Source: Actinomycetota bacterium
GTDB lineage: Bacteria > Actinomycetota > Acidimicrobiia > Actinomarinales > Actinomarinaceae
Assembly (NCBI GenBank): GCA_014239265.1
Contig: JAAZZH010000003.1
Location: forward strand, 3,953-67,952
Length of the DNA: 64,000 bases
Direction: 5' to 3'
The notes beneath the pieces were generated by a model. That model had not been told where the DNA came from. It did no database searches and saw nothing but the letters and a program-made list of their open reading frames with translations. Shown one piece after another: positions 26,245 through 36,566 of the stretch (the first letter of the stretch is position 1; the number at the start of each line of letters is the position of its first letter). The position numbers were made by a program, and so were the translations under genes.

Positions 26245-27206
26245 TCACGAATAGTTTTATATAGTGTTTCTTTCCACTCGTCACTATCAATTTCCCAAAT
26301 AACGTTAATATTTCTTTCCGTGTAGCTCCAATGCTCATCTATATGAGGCTCACTTTCGCCAACATGTAGTTGATCAACAATAGTCATTCCTCTAGCGGGT
26401 CCATCTATCACAACTTGAACGTTGTGTCTTGAGACTTTTGTTGTCACAGCTGGATTTAATGCTACTGCCATCGCTACAGGATCGGGTAGTCCAAGACCTG
26501 GATCTCCCAACCAATTTTGGCTTGAATCAAGAGCATGTTTATTACAATCTATTGTGAAATCTGCTTTTTCAGTCTTAAAGCTATATGCAAGCTCCATTTC
26601 CTCTTCAGTTAGATTTGCTTCGCCTCTACATAATTCCCAGCCCACCATGGCAATATCATGATGCTTCGATTTAAAAACTATATCTGCGGCTTCAGGGTCA
26701 CACCATATGTTGTATTCAGCTGCCGGAGTTACATTTCCAACTGTATTTGAAGCCCCACCCATGATTACGATATTTTTCAGTTTTAAAAAAGAATCAGGAT
26801 ATTTTTTTATGAAATTAGCCACATTTGTTAATGGACCTAGGGTAACTAAAGTTATTTCGTCGGGATGTTGATTAATGTGATTATTTAGAACCTCAATAAA
26901 ATCTTCATTAGTTTCTTGAAGTTTTGGTGCAGGGTAGTTCATGTTGCCCATTCCATCGGGTCCATGAAACCAATCCGCATGTTCTCTTTTTTTTACAAGG
27001 GGCGCATCTGCACCAACATAAACTGGAACATCTTTCTTACAAAGCTCAACGGTATACCTAGCGTTTATACTTCCCTGTTCAACAGACATGTTTCCCGAAA
27101 CAACGCTGATTCCTAAAACTTCAACATCCTCCCACTCGAGGGCCATTAATAATGCGACAGCATCATCAGATGCAGTATCTGTATCTATAAAGTATTTATT
27201 TTTCAT
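26241..27206 (-). CDS. Inosine/uridine-preferring nucleoside hydrolase family protein
   Basis: N-terminal DTDTASDDAVAL (DxDxxxDD) plus NIWCDPEAA. Confidence 0.85.
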   Translation of the reverse strand: MKNKYFIDTDTASDDAVALLMALEWEDVEVLGISVVSGNMSVEQGSINARYTVELCKKDVPVYVGADAPLVKKREHADWFHGPDGMGNMNYPAPKLQETNEDFIEVLNNHINQHPDEITLVTLGPLTNVANFIKKYPDSFLKLKNIVIMGGASNTVGNVTPAAEYNIWCDPEAADIVFKSKHHDIAMVGWELCRGEANLTEEEMELAYSFKTEKADFTIDCNKHALDSSQNWLGDPGLGLPDPVAMAVALNPAVTTKVSRHNVQVVIDGPARGMTIVDQLHVGESEPHIDEHWSYTERNINVIWEIDSDEWKETLYKTIRD

Positions 27207-27275
27207 ATGTTATTAAAGGATATCAAAAGTATTTAAAAGATTCTTTTAAATAAATAAGTAGTTTTGAAATCTGGG

Positions 27276-28133
27276 TTATTGAGTATTCGCTTTTTTTAAA
27301 TTTATAAAGTTTGCAAAGATAATTAATGCTGCACCCAGGTAGATAAACATATCACCTTGTTCTGAATAAAACATAACTCCTATTAATACAACAATTGGTA
27401 ATCTTAACAAATCAATCGGAGCAACTACTGTTGGCGGTGCAAGTGATAAAGCTGTTGTTATACAGTAGTGAGCACCTAAACCAGCAAATCCAATTACTAC
27501 AATCCATACAATATTTTCTGTTGTTGGTATATCTAATCTTCCATCTAGAAGGGATGTAATAAGACCAAATATTAATTGCATTGCAGTTAAGAAAAAAAGA
27601 ATAGTTAAAGTTGATTCGGTTCTTGTAAGTCGTCTTGTGTAAATATTTGTTAACGCAAAAACAATTGCAGAAATAGCTGCAGCAATTAACCCTAGATTGA
27701 TACTTTCAATATCTGGTCTAACTGTGATCAATACCCCGATAAACCCTATACATACTGAGATTATTTTAAATTTATCCATTTGTTCATTAAGCATTAAATA
27801 TGAAAATAGAACTATCCATATTGGCATTGTAAATTCTAATGAGGTGACTTCTGCAAGAGTTATTGATGCTAGTGCATAAAGCCAAAGATTCTGACCAGTA
27901 AAATGGGCGACATTTCTTTTTAAGTGTGTACTTATTTCCTTTAAATTTATTTCATGCAGTTGATTCTTCTTTACTAGAAAAAACAAAATAATAGATACCC
28001 CTATTACACTTCGATAAAATAAAATTTCAAAAGTATCTATTTGGAGTGAAATCTCTTTTCCTGCAACAGCCATTGAGGTGAGGCAAAAAACTCCCCCGAC
28101 CATCCATAAAGAGCCCTTTATCGTATCAGTCAC
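27276..28133 (-). CDS. EamA/DMT-family transporter
   Basis: 10 TM, duplicated EamA architecture. Confidence 0.7.
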   Translation of the reverse strand: MTDTIKGSLWMVGGVFCLTSMAVAGKEISLQIDTFEILFYRSVIGVSIILFFLVKKNQLHEINLKEISTHLKRNVAHFTGQNLWLYALASITLAEVTSLEFTMPIWIVLFSYLMLNEQMDKFKIISVCIGFIGVLITVRPDIESINLGLIAAAISAIVFALTNIYTRRLTRTESTLTILFFLTAMQLIFGLITSLLDGRLDIPTTENIVWIVVIGFAGLGAHYCITTALSLAPPTVVAPIDLLRLPIVVLIGVMFYSEQGDMFIYLGAALIIFANFINLKKANTQ

Positions 28134-28136
28134 AAC

Positions 28137-28709
28137 CTATAAACTTCCACAATATTTTCTTAAAATACCTGTAGGGTAGCTCTCGCTAACAACGAAATCT
28201 GGATCGGGTGTTAGGGTGTTCTGGGATTTTGAGGATAGGAGATCTCTGTATTCATCAGATGTTCTCCAGTATTTGATGCTGTACTCTTGATTATCCTCCC
28301 ACCACTGAACCTCCTCTTGAATTGTCCAAATATTATCAATAGATATCAAATGTTTTTCAAGGGCAGTATTAGCATTTTTTGAATCTAAGAAATTGTTATA
28401 AAAGCCATCAATTACACTCTGCAGCTCTGAATTATTGATTACATAATTAGTAATTACATTATCTAATCCATCAAGACCAATTTTGTTAATCCTTAAAGCT
28501 TCATTAACATAATCTAACTTTGTGGCATCGACATATGAATAAGTCCTGTAGATTTCACTTTCATAAGCTTCAATTTGAATCTCATCAAATACTCTTTCAA
28601 CCTCATCAGCTAGTTGAATACAATTGTTAATTTTTGTATCTGAAGAAGATTCGACACTAGTACAAAAAATAAAAAATAAAAATAAAACTAAATACTTTTT
28701 ATTGGTCAT
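28137..28709 (-). CDS. Hypothetical lipoprotein/secreted protein
   Basis: Signal peptide ending FIFCTS. Overlaps the upstream MFS gene by 11 nt and lies 3 nt before the DMT gene. Confidence 0.4.
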   Translation of the reverse strand: MTNKKYLVLFLFFIFCTSVESSSDTKINNCIQLADEVERVFDEIQIEAYESEIYRTYSYVDATKLDYVNEALRINKIGLDGLDNVITNYVINNSELQSVIDGFYNNFLDSKNANTALEKHLISIDNIWTIQEEVQWWEDNQEYSIKYWRTSDEYRDLLSSKSQNTLTPDPDFVVSESYPTGILRKYCGSL

Positions 28710-29877
28710 TGTGCCACCCTTTATTAAAGGGTAGAAGAAATATCGGAATAATGGTAAAGACTAGAAATAGATTTTGTGCAGTATTTAATGAGTAGGCTTC
28801 AATAAAATAACCCGTGACTGTCGACCCAATAGCAATGCCGGAACCTACAGAGCTGGCCAACCAAGAGAATGCCTCAGTTAGCTTTCCGCTTTCTGTGACA
28901 TTTGATACGTAACTATTTGCAAGTAAAAATATAGGGCCTATTCCCAATCCGCAAAGAAAACCAGAGAAGATAATAAGATTCCTAGTTTCAAAAAAATAAA
29001 ATGTGGAAACTGACAATGCAAGAAGTAAAAATACAAAATTATAATTTTTTAAACTCTTCGTATTTTTAAAAAAGTATCCATAAAGCAATGCACTAACTAG
29101 TGCTGTAAAACCGTTAACAAGATAATAAAAGGCGGTTAAGTTTTTTATATTCCCGATATCTTCTTTAGCAACAACAAATACCGAGATACTACTTAAACAG
29201 GCACCAAGAAAAACTAGTGAAACTAGAAGTACTGTTTTATTTTTTGAAAACCATACAGAAGTATTATTAGAAGCCATTTCTTTTATGTTTCCAATATCAA
29301 TACTGTTCAAGAAAACGACTCCAATGGTTCCAGCAATGGAACTGACTGCAGCAATATACAAAGCGACTATTGGATTTATATAGTTTGATACGGTTGCAAA
29401 CACTGATGGACCAATTAAAAAATTTAACTCATCAATTGAAGACTCAATTGCTTGTACTTTTTGATTATCCTCTTCTTTTGTAATAGCTTTCCAATTTCTA
29501 CGGGTATATGCACCAATGTTTGGAACAGAGATACCCAAAAGTATTGAAAGAAAAATATATATAAACTTACTTTGATAATCACCAAGAGTAATTAACAAAG
29601 AAGCTGTTACAAACCCAGTTAAGAGAACGCTTACAATTTTTTTTTGACCGAGCTTATCTACCAATCTGCCATTTACAGGTTGTACTAATGCATTTGAGAT
29701 ACTAAAACTTGCAGCCATTGCCCCACCTATTGCGTAGGAACCTGTTTTGTAATTTCCAAATATAACCATACCTACTTGAAGCATTGAAAAGGGAGCTCGA
29801 CCAAGTGCTCCAAAAAATATTAAATTTTTAGCGCCATTAAGACTTATTAATTTTTTATAAGTTGCTTCCATAGCCAT
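28699..29877 (-). CDS. MFS transporter
   Basis: 12-TM organisation with a GRLVDKLGQKK loop 2-3 motif. Confidence 0.65.
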   Translation of the reverse strand: MAMEATYKKLISLNGAKNLIFFGALGRAPFSMLQVGMVIFGNYKTGSYAIGGAMAASFSISNALVQPVNGRLVDKLGQKKIVSVLLTGFVTASLLITLGDYQSKFIYIFLSILLGISVPNIGAYTRRNWKAITKEEDNQKVQAIESSIDELNFLIGPSVFATVSNYINPIVALYIAAVSSIAGTIGVVFLNSIDIGNIKEMASNNTSVWFSKNKTVLLVSLVFLGACLSSISVFVVAKEDIGNIKNLTAFYYLVNGFTALVSALLYGYFFKNTKSLKNYNFVFLLLALSVSTFYFFETRNLIIFSGFLCGLGIGPIFLLANSYVSNVTESGKLTEAFSWLASSVGSGIAIGSTVTGYFIEAYSLNTAQNLFLVFTIIPIFLLPFNKGWHNDQ

Positions 29878-29922
29878 TAGTACATTGTTGTATGTAAATA
29901 AAGATACCTATAGAAAAGTTAA

Positions 29923-30909
29923 TTAACTTAGTAAATCTAACAGCATATTCATGAATTTATCATTGCTAGATTTTGTAATTACCCGAACATTTTTATTCTT
30001 ATCTTCAATATCAAAATAATCTACTATGGTCTGACCCCTAGTGATTCCATCTCTTGTATCAACTATTACATGTAGGTCTTGAGATTCCTCAATTATTGAA
30101 TTATCCAGTGCGATAGCCATGGTTATTGGATCAGGTAAATCAAATCCGTAGAAGTCATACCATTCTTTTGTAAGATTTATTAGGACTTTTTGAATATCGA
30201 CTGAGAAATCAGCCAACTTAGTGTTTAAAGACCTAAGTTGTTCAATCTCATCCTCTTTAAGCATTGCGTATTTATATGAGTTATCCCATCCAACCATTGT
30301 GAGTTGTAGGTCTGAGTCAAAAACTATTTTTGCTGCTTCCGGGTCAACCCATATATTAAACTCAGCGGCGGCGGATACATTCCCTGTTCCATCAGAAGTT
30401 CCTCCCATGACATAGCAGTGGTCAATCTTCGAACTAATAGAGGGGTCTTTCTTTATTGCTAAAGCTATGTTGGTTAGTGGGCCCAGTGTAACAAGTGTTA
30501 TTTCCCCAGGATTATTGTTAATTGTTTTAATAAGATAATCTACAGCTCCTGTTTCTTCATATTTTGATGATTTAGAAACAATCCCAATATCACCCATTCC
30601 ATCTACCCCATGCACTGACTGAGCGCTTGCTGATACTGGACTTAAAGATTTAACATGTTCTGTAAATTCTTCAAGAGTATGAATTTCAATATAATCACGC
30701 ACTAAAGGCTTCTCTGCACCTGCATAAACTTTTACATCCTGTTCAGCTATTTCGATTGTTGAAAGAGTATTTGTTATCCCTTGTGCAAGGGGTACATTCC
30801 CTGAAACAACTGTTATCCCTAAAACTTCAGTCTGGGGATGCAGGAGAGCCAAAAGTATAGCTACTGCATCATCTGAACCTGTATCTGCATCAATGATAAA
30901 TTTTTTCAT
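29923..30909 (-). CDS. Inosine/uridine-preferring nucleoside hydrolase family protein (second paralogue)
   Basis: DADTGSDDAVAI and NIWVDPEAA. Start abuts the stop of the QNG1-like gene (0-nt spacer). Confidence 0.85.
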   Translation of the reverse strand: MKKFIIDADTGSDDAVAILLALLHPQTEVLGITVVSGNVPLAQGITNTLSTIEIAEQDVKVYAGAEKPLVRDYIEIHTLEEFTEHVKSLSPVSASAQSVHGVDGMGDIGIVSKSSKYEETGAVDYLIKTINNNPGEITLVTLGPLTNIALAIKKDPSISSKIDHCYVMGGTSDGTGNVSAAAEFNIWVDPEAAKIVFDSDLQLTMVGWDNSYKYAMLKEDEIEQLRSLNTKLADFSVDIQKVLINLTKEWYDFYGFDLPDPITMAIALDNSIIEESQDLHVIVDTRDGITRGQTIVDYFDIEDKNKNVRVITKSSNDKFMNMLLDLLS

Positions 30910-31893
30910 TTAGTACATAGTCGTAATCGTTAAATGATGGGGTCTATGAGTAGCGTGATACTGTTTCCATAACCTGTAATCAAGCTGGGGAATGATTATA
31001 GATTTTTCAGCAGGCCTTCTCTTATTAATCTCCTCAGTCAGTTTTGCTGTTATATATAAACTGGTACTCCTTATTTCAATTTCTTCAAGAGAGTCTCGGT
31101 CTATGATTTCGCCATTGGTGATTTTGTTTCGTAACTCCTCTGAGTATTCGACTATTTTCATGACCTCTAAAGCAACCGGAACAATGTAATCAGCAAAAGC
31201 ACTCATCGAGTGCATATCCTCAATATAGAAATCTCCTGTTCCTGAAAGTTCGGCATGTATGCCCCAAAATGCTAGCTGAGCAAGCTTATAAAAATGGACA
31301 TTATATTTTTCATCATATTGAGAAGTATCATCAAATCGTGGGAATTCTGAAGTGAGCCTTTCAATAAGTCCTTCCCCATTATCGTATAGTTTTTTTGGTC
31401 CAGCATTAATAAAATTAATCCAGTCACCTTCATAGTCAGCAGCTAGTTTTGCTCCCACATTCAAGAGTATGTCTAGTCTTTCTGACATCATTGGCATTTC
31501 AATATTGCCCTTAAATATATTTTTAAGCTGTTTGTCATTTAGACCTGAAAGTACGTTGCCATCATATAGCTGTACTCCAGATGATATAGCCTCCTGAATT
31601 TGAACATACATTGCTTCACTATCAGAGAGCACTTTACCTTCACGTATGATTTCATATTTAGTGCTGTTGTCAAAATCTGTAAAAGCAAAGTTAAGTGTAT
31701 TAATCAACATTGTTGTTCTTATGTACTCATCAGGATTATTTTTAGATATATTTTGCTCTGGTGGTGGAAAGTCTTCGTAAGCAATCCAATCAGCCACATT
31801 CATAATCTGATCTAAGTTCAGGTTTATAGTTTGGAGATTCTCAATAACTGGATTCAATGAGCTAAGTACTTTAGAGTCCCAATCAATATTCAT
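30910..31893 (-). CDS. QNG1/DUF2419-family protein (queuosine-nucleotide/nucleoside glycosylase-like, queuine salvage)
   Basis: Collinear with remembered human QNG1 (C9orf64). NTLNFAFTDF vs DTLNFSFW; MPMMSERLDIL vs MPLVEERHRIL; FYKLAQL vs FYKRAQI; SAFADYIVPVAL...YSEEL vs TMFADYRLPQVL...YSDDL; EIEIRS vs EVEIRG; LDYRLW vs LDYYLW. Confidence 0.8.
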   Translation of the reverse strand: MNIDWDSKVLSSLNPVIENLQTINLNLDQIMNVADWIAYEDFPPPEQNISKNNPDEYIRTTMLINTLNFAFTDFDNSTKYEIIREGKVLSDSEAMYVQIQEAISSGVQLYDGNVLSGLNDKQLKNIFKGNIEMPMMSERLDILLNVGAKLAADYEGDWINFINAGPKKLYDNGEGLIERLTSEFPRFDDTSQYDEKYNVHFYKLAQLAFWGIHAELSGTGDFYIEDMHSMSAFADYIVPVALEVMKIVEYSEELRNKITNGEIIDRDSLEEIEIRSTSLYITAKLTEEINKRRPAEKSIIIPQLDYRLWKQYHATHRPHHLTITTMY

Positions 31894-31900
31894 AGTTCAA

Positions 31901-32809
31901 ATGATACTAGCCAAAAATAGTGTTGAAAGATATACTTTCAACATGAATTCAAAAATTTGTGTTATTGGCAGTTCAAATATTGATCAAATAGCATATACCC
32001 AAAATATTCCATCAGACGGTGAGACATTGTTTGGAGATTCGTTTCAAATGGGTTTTGGTGGGAAGGGAGCTAATCAAGCTGTTATGGCTGGGTTGCTTGG
32101 AGCTGATGTATATATGATTACTTGTTTAGGCGATGATGTTTATAAAGAGATGACGATAACCAACTACCAAGCAAATAATGTAAATACCGATCACGTACAA
32201 CTGGTTAGAGGGTCTAGTGGTGTTGCCCCTATTTGGGTCGACTCAACCGGACAAAATAGAATAATTGTTATCCCTGGAGCAAATAATGAAATAGATGCTC
32301 AAAAAGCAATATCTTCAATGACAGAAATTGGAAACATTTCAGTTCTAGTTGGCCAGTGTGAAATTCCTATGGAGGTTAATCATCAAGTTTTCGAATTTGC
32401 AAAAGGTAATTCTATCACGACAATTTTTAATCCTGCTCCAGCAAGAAAACTTGAAAAAGACTTTTTGGAGCATGTCACCTGGCTAATCCCTAATGAAAAT
32501 GAGTTTGAGTTAATAAGCAGTATGGAACCTAATGATGAAAACTTCTTAAGATTCAAGAAAGAAATTCCTTGTAATTTAATTGTCACCCTTGGTGAAAAAG
32601 GAGCTGTTTTAGTTGGTGATGATAAAACTCATCATTTTAGTGCACCAACAGTGGACGCAGTTGATACCACTGGAGCGGGTGATTCATTTATTGGAACCTT
32701 TGCATACGAGTTGTCAGAATCAAATTCCCCAGAGGAATGTATAAAAAAAGCAATACAAAAAGCTAGTCAATCAGTTACAAAAAAAGGTACTCAGTCTTCT
32801 TATAGCTAG
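31901..32809 (+). CDS. rbsK: Ribokinase
   Basis: GGKGANQAV and DTTGAGDSF motifs. The true start may be the ATG at 31943 (MNSKICVIGSSNIDQ), which fits the family N-terminus better. Confidence 0.85.
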   Translation: MILAKNSVERYTFNMNSKICVIGSSNIDQIAYTQNIPSDGETLFGDSFQMGFGGKGANQAVMAGLLGADVYMITCLGDDVYKEMTITNYQANNVNTDHVQLVRGSSGVAPIWVDSTGQNRIIVIPGANNEIDAQKAISSMTEIGNISVLVGQCEIPMEVNHQVFEFAKGNSITTIFNPAPARKLEKDFLEHVTWLIPNENEFELISSMEPNDENFLRFKKEIPCNLIVTLGEKGAVLVGDDKTHHFSAPTVDAVDTTGAGDSFIGTFAYELSESNSPEECIKKAIQKASQSVTKKGTQSSYS

Positions 32810-32825
32810 ACTTTATTTACAACTT

Positions 32826-33596
32826 CTATTGATCAATAGTTAAGCTTGATTCTAAAATAATATTTGTTGCATTACTAACAGCGTCCAAATACGTGTCTTT
32901 ATTAAGAGCTTCTTTTCTAGATTGATCACCATATATTACAAGAAGTGCTCCAGTTCTAACTCGTCTATAGTTTCCTACTACGAATAAAGCTGAAACTTCC
33001 ATTTCGGAACAAAGGACACCACCACGTACCCAAGCTTCCCATTTTTGATTTAAATCATAAGAGACTGGCTTGGAGTCAGGGTCATGTTGCCCATAAAAAG
33101 AGTCTTTTGTTTGAACAATGCCTATGTGATAAGTGCTTCCCTTATCTTTTGCAGCTTGTTCTAGCGCGAAAACCATGTCAGCTGAACCGACAGCAGGATA
33201 TTCGATTGGCATATACTCCAAAGATGTTCCTTCCTGTCTCACAGCACCATTGGCTATTACTAGATCCCCAACTCTGGTATGTTCCTGCATGGCTCCAGAT
33301 GTGCCTAGCCTAATCATTGTTTTGACACCAATGTTTGCTAACTCCTCAACACCTATAGCTGTTGATGGACATCCCATTCCGGTGGACATTACACTAACTG
33401 GCCTGCCTTTATAGGTGCCTGTGTATGTTTTATACTCTCTATTAAAAGCAACTTCTTTTGCGTCATCAAAATGTCCCGCAATAAACTCAACTCTCCCAGG
33501 ATCTCCCGGCAGAATTACAAAATCTGCAACATCTTCTGGCTCAAGTCCAATGTGATATTGTTTTTGTCCATCTAGCATTGATTTTTTTTCTGTCAT
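32826..33596 (-). CDS. udp: Uridine phosphorylase (PNP/UDP-1 family)
   Basis: Collinear with E. coli Udp (ILPGDPGRVE, STGMGCPSTAIGVEEL, RLGTSGA, EYPAV, EMEVSAL). Confidence 0.82.
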   Translation of the reverse strand: MTEKKSMLDGQKQYHIGLEPEDVADFVILPGDPGRVEFIAGHFDDAKEVAFNREYKTYTGTYKGRPVSVMSTGMGCPSTAIGVEELANIGVKTMIRLGTSGAMQEHTRVGDLVIANGAVRQEGTSLEYMPIEYPAVGSADMVFALEQAAKDKGSTYHIGIVQTKDSFYGQHDPDSKPVSYDLNQKWEAWVRGGVLCSEMEVSALFVVGNYRRVRTGALLVIYGDQSRKEALNKDTYLDAVSNATNIILESSLTIDQ

Positions 33597-33686
33597 GTTT
33601 GAAATGATAATAAATCATTTATAAAAGGTCACTAAAATTTTTTAGAAATCTGTAGAAATTACTGTTAAAAGTGATAGTTTAATGAT

Positions 33687-34886
33687 ATGAATATTCCTGA
33701 AATTAAATTTCCAAATCTTGATGCAGATTTTATAAAAAACCCTTATCCACACTTAAAGATTTTAAGGGAGTCCTCTCCTTTACACAAAGATATAAATAGT
33801 AATCTAGTTCTAGTTACAAGATTTGAAGATGTTAAAGGTGTTCAAACTAGTAAAGCTTTTTCATCATCTGAGCCCGAAGACTTACAAACCTTTAAAAAAA
33901 CAAATGAAAGCGGGGGGGATTACCCCTACTTTTGGAAAACAGAAGAATTTTCACTTTTAAATCTTGAGGGTCAGTTACATGGAGATCTTCGAGGATTGGT
34001 TGCGAAAGCTTTTTCAACTAGGCAGGTTCAAGAGCTGAGACCTTTTATGGAGGGAAAGTCAAGTGAGCTTTTAAACAATTTGAAAGGCAGTAGTTTTGAC
34101 TTGTTAGCAGATTATGCACAGCCATATTCTGTTTCTGTTATTGGTAAATTATTGGGGGTTCCTGAGGAACAATATGACAATTTTTTAGATTGGTCTAACA
34201 AAATTGTTAAGATGTACGATCTAGAAGTTTCAAATGAAAGCTCACAGGAAGCTGAAATTGCAGCTAAAGAATTTTATTTCTACATAAGTGAATTAATTGA
34301 TGAAAAAGTAAAAAATCCTGGTGATGATATGATTTCTAGGCTTTCACAGGTGACAGAAAATGATCAAAGACTAACTAAAGATCAGATTATCTGTACGGTC
34401 ATACTTCTTTTAAATGCAGGACATGAAGCTACTGTAAACACAATTGGAAATTCTATTGTGGCATTAAGGCAAAATGATATTGATACAAAAGATCTTGATA
34501 AAAGATACGAAATAAAAAAAATAATAGAAGAATTAATACGCTGGGATAGCCCTCTCCAATTTTTTCAAAGGTGGGTTTTAGAAGATACAAGCTTGGGTGG
34601 ATATAAGTTGAAAAAGAATTCGAAAATTGCAATTCTCCTAGGGTCAGCAAATAGAGATGAGCTTGCATTTGAAAATGGTGAAGAAATCAATTTTCAAAGG
34701 GATAACTTAAGTCACACAAGTTTTGGAGGTGGAGTCCACTTCTGCTTAGGTGCCCATCTAGCAAGACTTGAATTAGAAGTCTCATTCACGAATCTTTTCA
34801 AAAATACCATATCGTTACTAAGTGAACCCGAACGTACAGGTGCATTTGGAATAAGAGGGTATAAAGAAATTATCGTCTCTATTTAA
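33687..34886 (+). CDS. Cytochrome P450
   Basis: Heme-binding loop FGGGVHFCLGAHLARLE, I-helix LLLNAGHEAT, and the ExxR motif in EELIRWDSP. Confidence 0.88.
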   Translation: MNIPEIKFPNLDADFIKNPYPHLKILRESSPLHKDINSNLVLVTRFEDVKGVQTSKAFSSSEPEDLQTFKKTNESGGDYPYFWKTEEFSLLNLEGQLHGDLRGLVAKAFSTRQVQELRPFMEGKSSELLNNLKGSSFDLLADYAQPYSVSVIGKLLGVPEEQYDNFLDWSNKIVKMYDLEVSNESSQEAEIAAKEFYFYISELIDEKVKNPGDDMISRLSQVTENDQRLTKDQIICTVILLLNAGHEATVNTIGNSIVALRQNDIDTKDLDKRYEIKKIIEELIRWDSPLQFFQRWVLEDTSLGGYKLKKNSKIAILLGSANRDELAFENGEEINFQRDNLSHTSFGGGVHFCLGAHLARLELEVSFTNLFKNTISLLSEPERTGAFGIRGYKEIIVSI

Positions 34887-35308
34887 GAGTCTATTTTATT
34901 TATCTCTTCTAGAAGATCGCCTATATTTTGTACAGTTGAGCTAAACATTCCTGCTGTAAATAAGTTCCTGTATCTTCTCTCCTCTGCTGTAAGAGCAATT
35001 ACAGGTTTGTTATTAGCGTACATATATCCTATTTCTGAAGCTGTCCCTGAATCTATATCCTGACCGGTCACAAGTGCAACTACTAAATCTGATTCATTTA
35101 AAGCTTGAACATCGGTTTGGAATATAATATCTTTTGTTGATTGAGACATTTCGTTATTCTTTAACTCTTCAGGATCGATGCCTGTTTGGTCCCTATGTGG
35201 AAGAAAACAATCATACCCGTTTCCTTCAAGAACTCCTGCTATCTCTTCAAGATATTTTTTTTCATGTACGTTAAAAAGTGGTCCTGCAATGTATATTTTT
35301 TTAATCAT
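34883..35308 (-). CDS. Nucleoside 2-deoxyribosyltransferase-family protein
   Basis: IYIAGPLF N-terminal motif and DSGTASEIGYMYA (catalytic Glu region). Confidence 0.7.
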   Translation of the reverse strand: MIKKIYIAGPLFNVHEKKYLEEIAGVLEGNGYDCFLPHRDQTGIDPEELKNNEMSQSTKDIIFQTDVQALNESDLVVALVTGQDIDSGTASEIGYMYANNKPVIALTAEERRYRNLFTAGMFSSTVQNIGDLLEEINKIDS

Positions 35309-35399
35309 ATTATTTAAACTAAAAGCTTTTCGCTAATTCAACAAGGCAAAAAAATAGTATTTTTCTACCAATTATCTCAATAAGTCTTAAACTCTTTTT

Positions 35400-36566
35400 A
35401 TGGGTACTTCTAAAAAATACGGTATGAATACCAAAGCTATTCATACCAAAAAAAGAGTTGAGCTTCCAACGGGTGACGTAATGCCACCAATACATCTATC
35501 GACAACCTTTGAAAACACTCAACCTGGTGAATATGAATACTTCTATGGAAGGAGTGGTAACCCAACTAGAGAACTTTTTGAAAGAACAATGGCATCTCTC
35601 GAAGGTGTGGAAGATTTTGAATCTATGCACTCATTTGGAATGGCCTCAGGAATGGCAGCTGTAACACTAATTGGTGAGCTGGTCGAACCTGGTGAAAATG
35701 TTGTGATTACCAGAGACGTATACGGAGGTACTACTAGATTTTTTTCACAGGTAATGACAAAAAGGGGTATTGAAGTAAACTTTTGTGATCTTTATGATGA
35801 AGAAAAGCTAACCTCTTTAATTAATGAAAAGACAAAGTTGGTGTGGTTTGAATCCCCTTCTAATCCAAGAATAAATATTTTTGATATTTCTAAATATGCA
35901 GAGATAGTTCACAAAAGCAATGCCTATTTAGTTGCCGATGGTACATTTACCTCACCATTTATAACAAGACACCTTGAACATGGTGTAGATATTGTGTTTC
36001 ATTCAACGACAAAATATATAGGTGGGCATAGTGATACTCTAGGTGGTGTTGTAACAACAAATAATGAAAAGGTCTGGGAAATCTTATTTGAGTACCAAAA
36101 AACAAGCGGTGCGATTATGTCACCATTCGATGCTTATCTCTGCCAAAGAGGTTTGTATACGTTAGGACCTAGACTTGCCATGCACTCTGCAAATGCCCAT
36201 AAGTTGGCTGAATACTTAGAAAACTCTGAACATATTAAAGAAGTTTTTTATCCAGGGCTACAAAGTAATCCTCATTACTTAATAGCTGAAAAACAAATGG
36301 ACATGTTTGGTGGAATGTTAAGTTTCAATGTTGAAGACAATATAAATCTCAAATTATTTTGGGAGAACTTAGAACTTTTTAAATTAGCAGTAAGTTTAGG
36401 TGGCGTTGAATCATTAATCGAATTGCCTAGGCTAATGACTCATGATTCTGCTGAAGGGACTGAGGCATCAATTGATGATGATCTTGTACGAATCTCTGTG
36501 GGATTAGAAAATACAGAAGACCTTATAAGTGATTTAGAGTCCGCATTAAATGCTGCAAAGAAATAA
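35400..36566 (+). CDS. Cys/Met-metabolism PLP-dependent enzyme (cystathionine gamma-synthase / beta- or gamma-lyase type)
   Basis: YGRSGNPTR and HSTTKYIGGHSD (PLP Lys); length about 390 aa. Confidence 0.8.
   Translation: MGTSKKYGMNTKAIHTKKRVELPTGDVMPPIHLSTTFENTQPGEYEYFYGRSGNPTRELFERTMASLEGVEDFESMHSFGMASGMAAVTLIGELVEPGENVVITRDVYGGTTRFFSQVMTKRGIEVNFCDLYDEEKLTSLINEKTKLVWFESPSNPRINIFDISKYAEIVHKSNAYLVADGTFTSPFITRHLEHGVDIVFHSTTKYIGGHSDTLGGVVTTNNEKVWEILFEYQKTSGAIMSPFDAYLCQRGLYTLGPRLAMHSANAHKLAEYLENSEHIKEVFYPGLQSNPHYLIAEKQMDMFGGMLSFNVEDNINLKLFWENLELFKLAVSLGGVESLIELPRLMTHDSAEGTEASIDDDLVRISVGLENTEDLISDLESALNAAKK

Noticed and set aside
35309-35399. Possible SAM or other riboswitch upstream of the Cys/Met PLP enzyme. 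Also considered upstream of lysA, panB and the permeases.
   Set aside because: The spacers are 90 nt or less and almost entirely A/T, with no GC-paired helices. lysA has no leader at all because it overlaps nfo.
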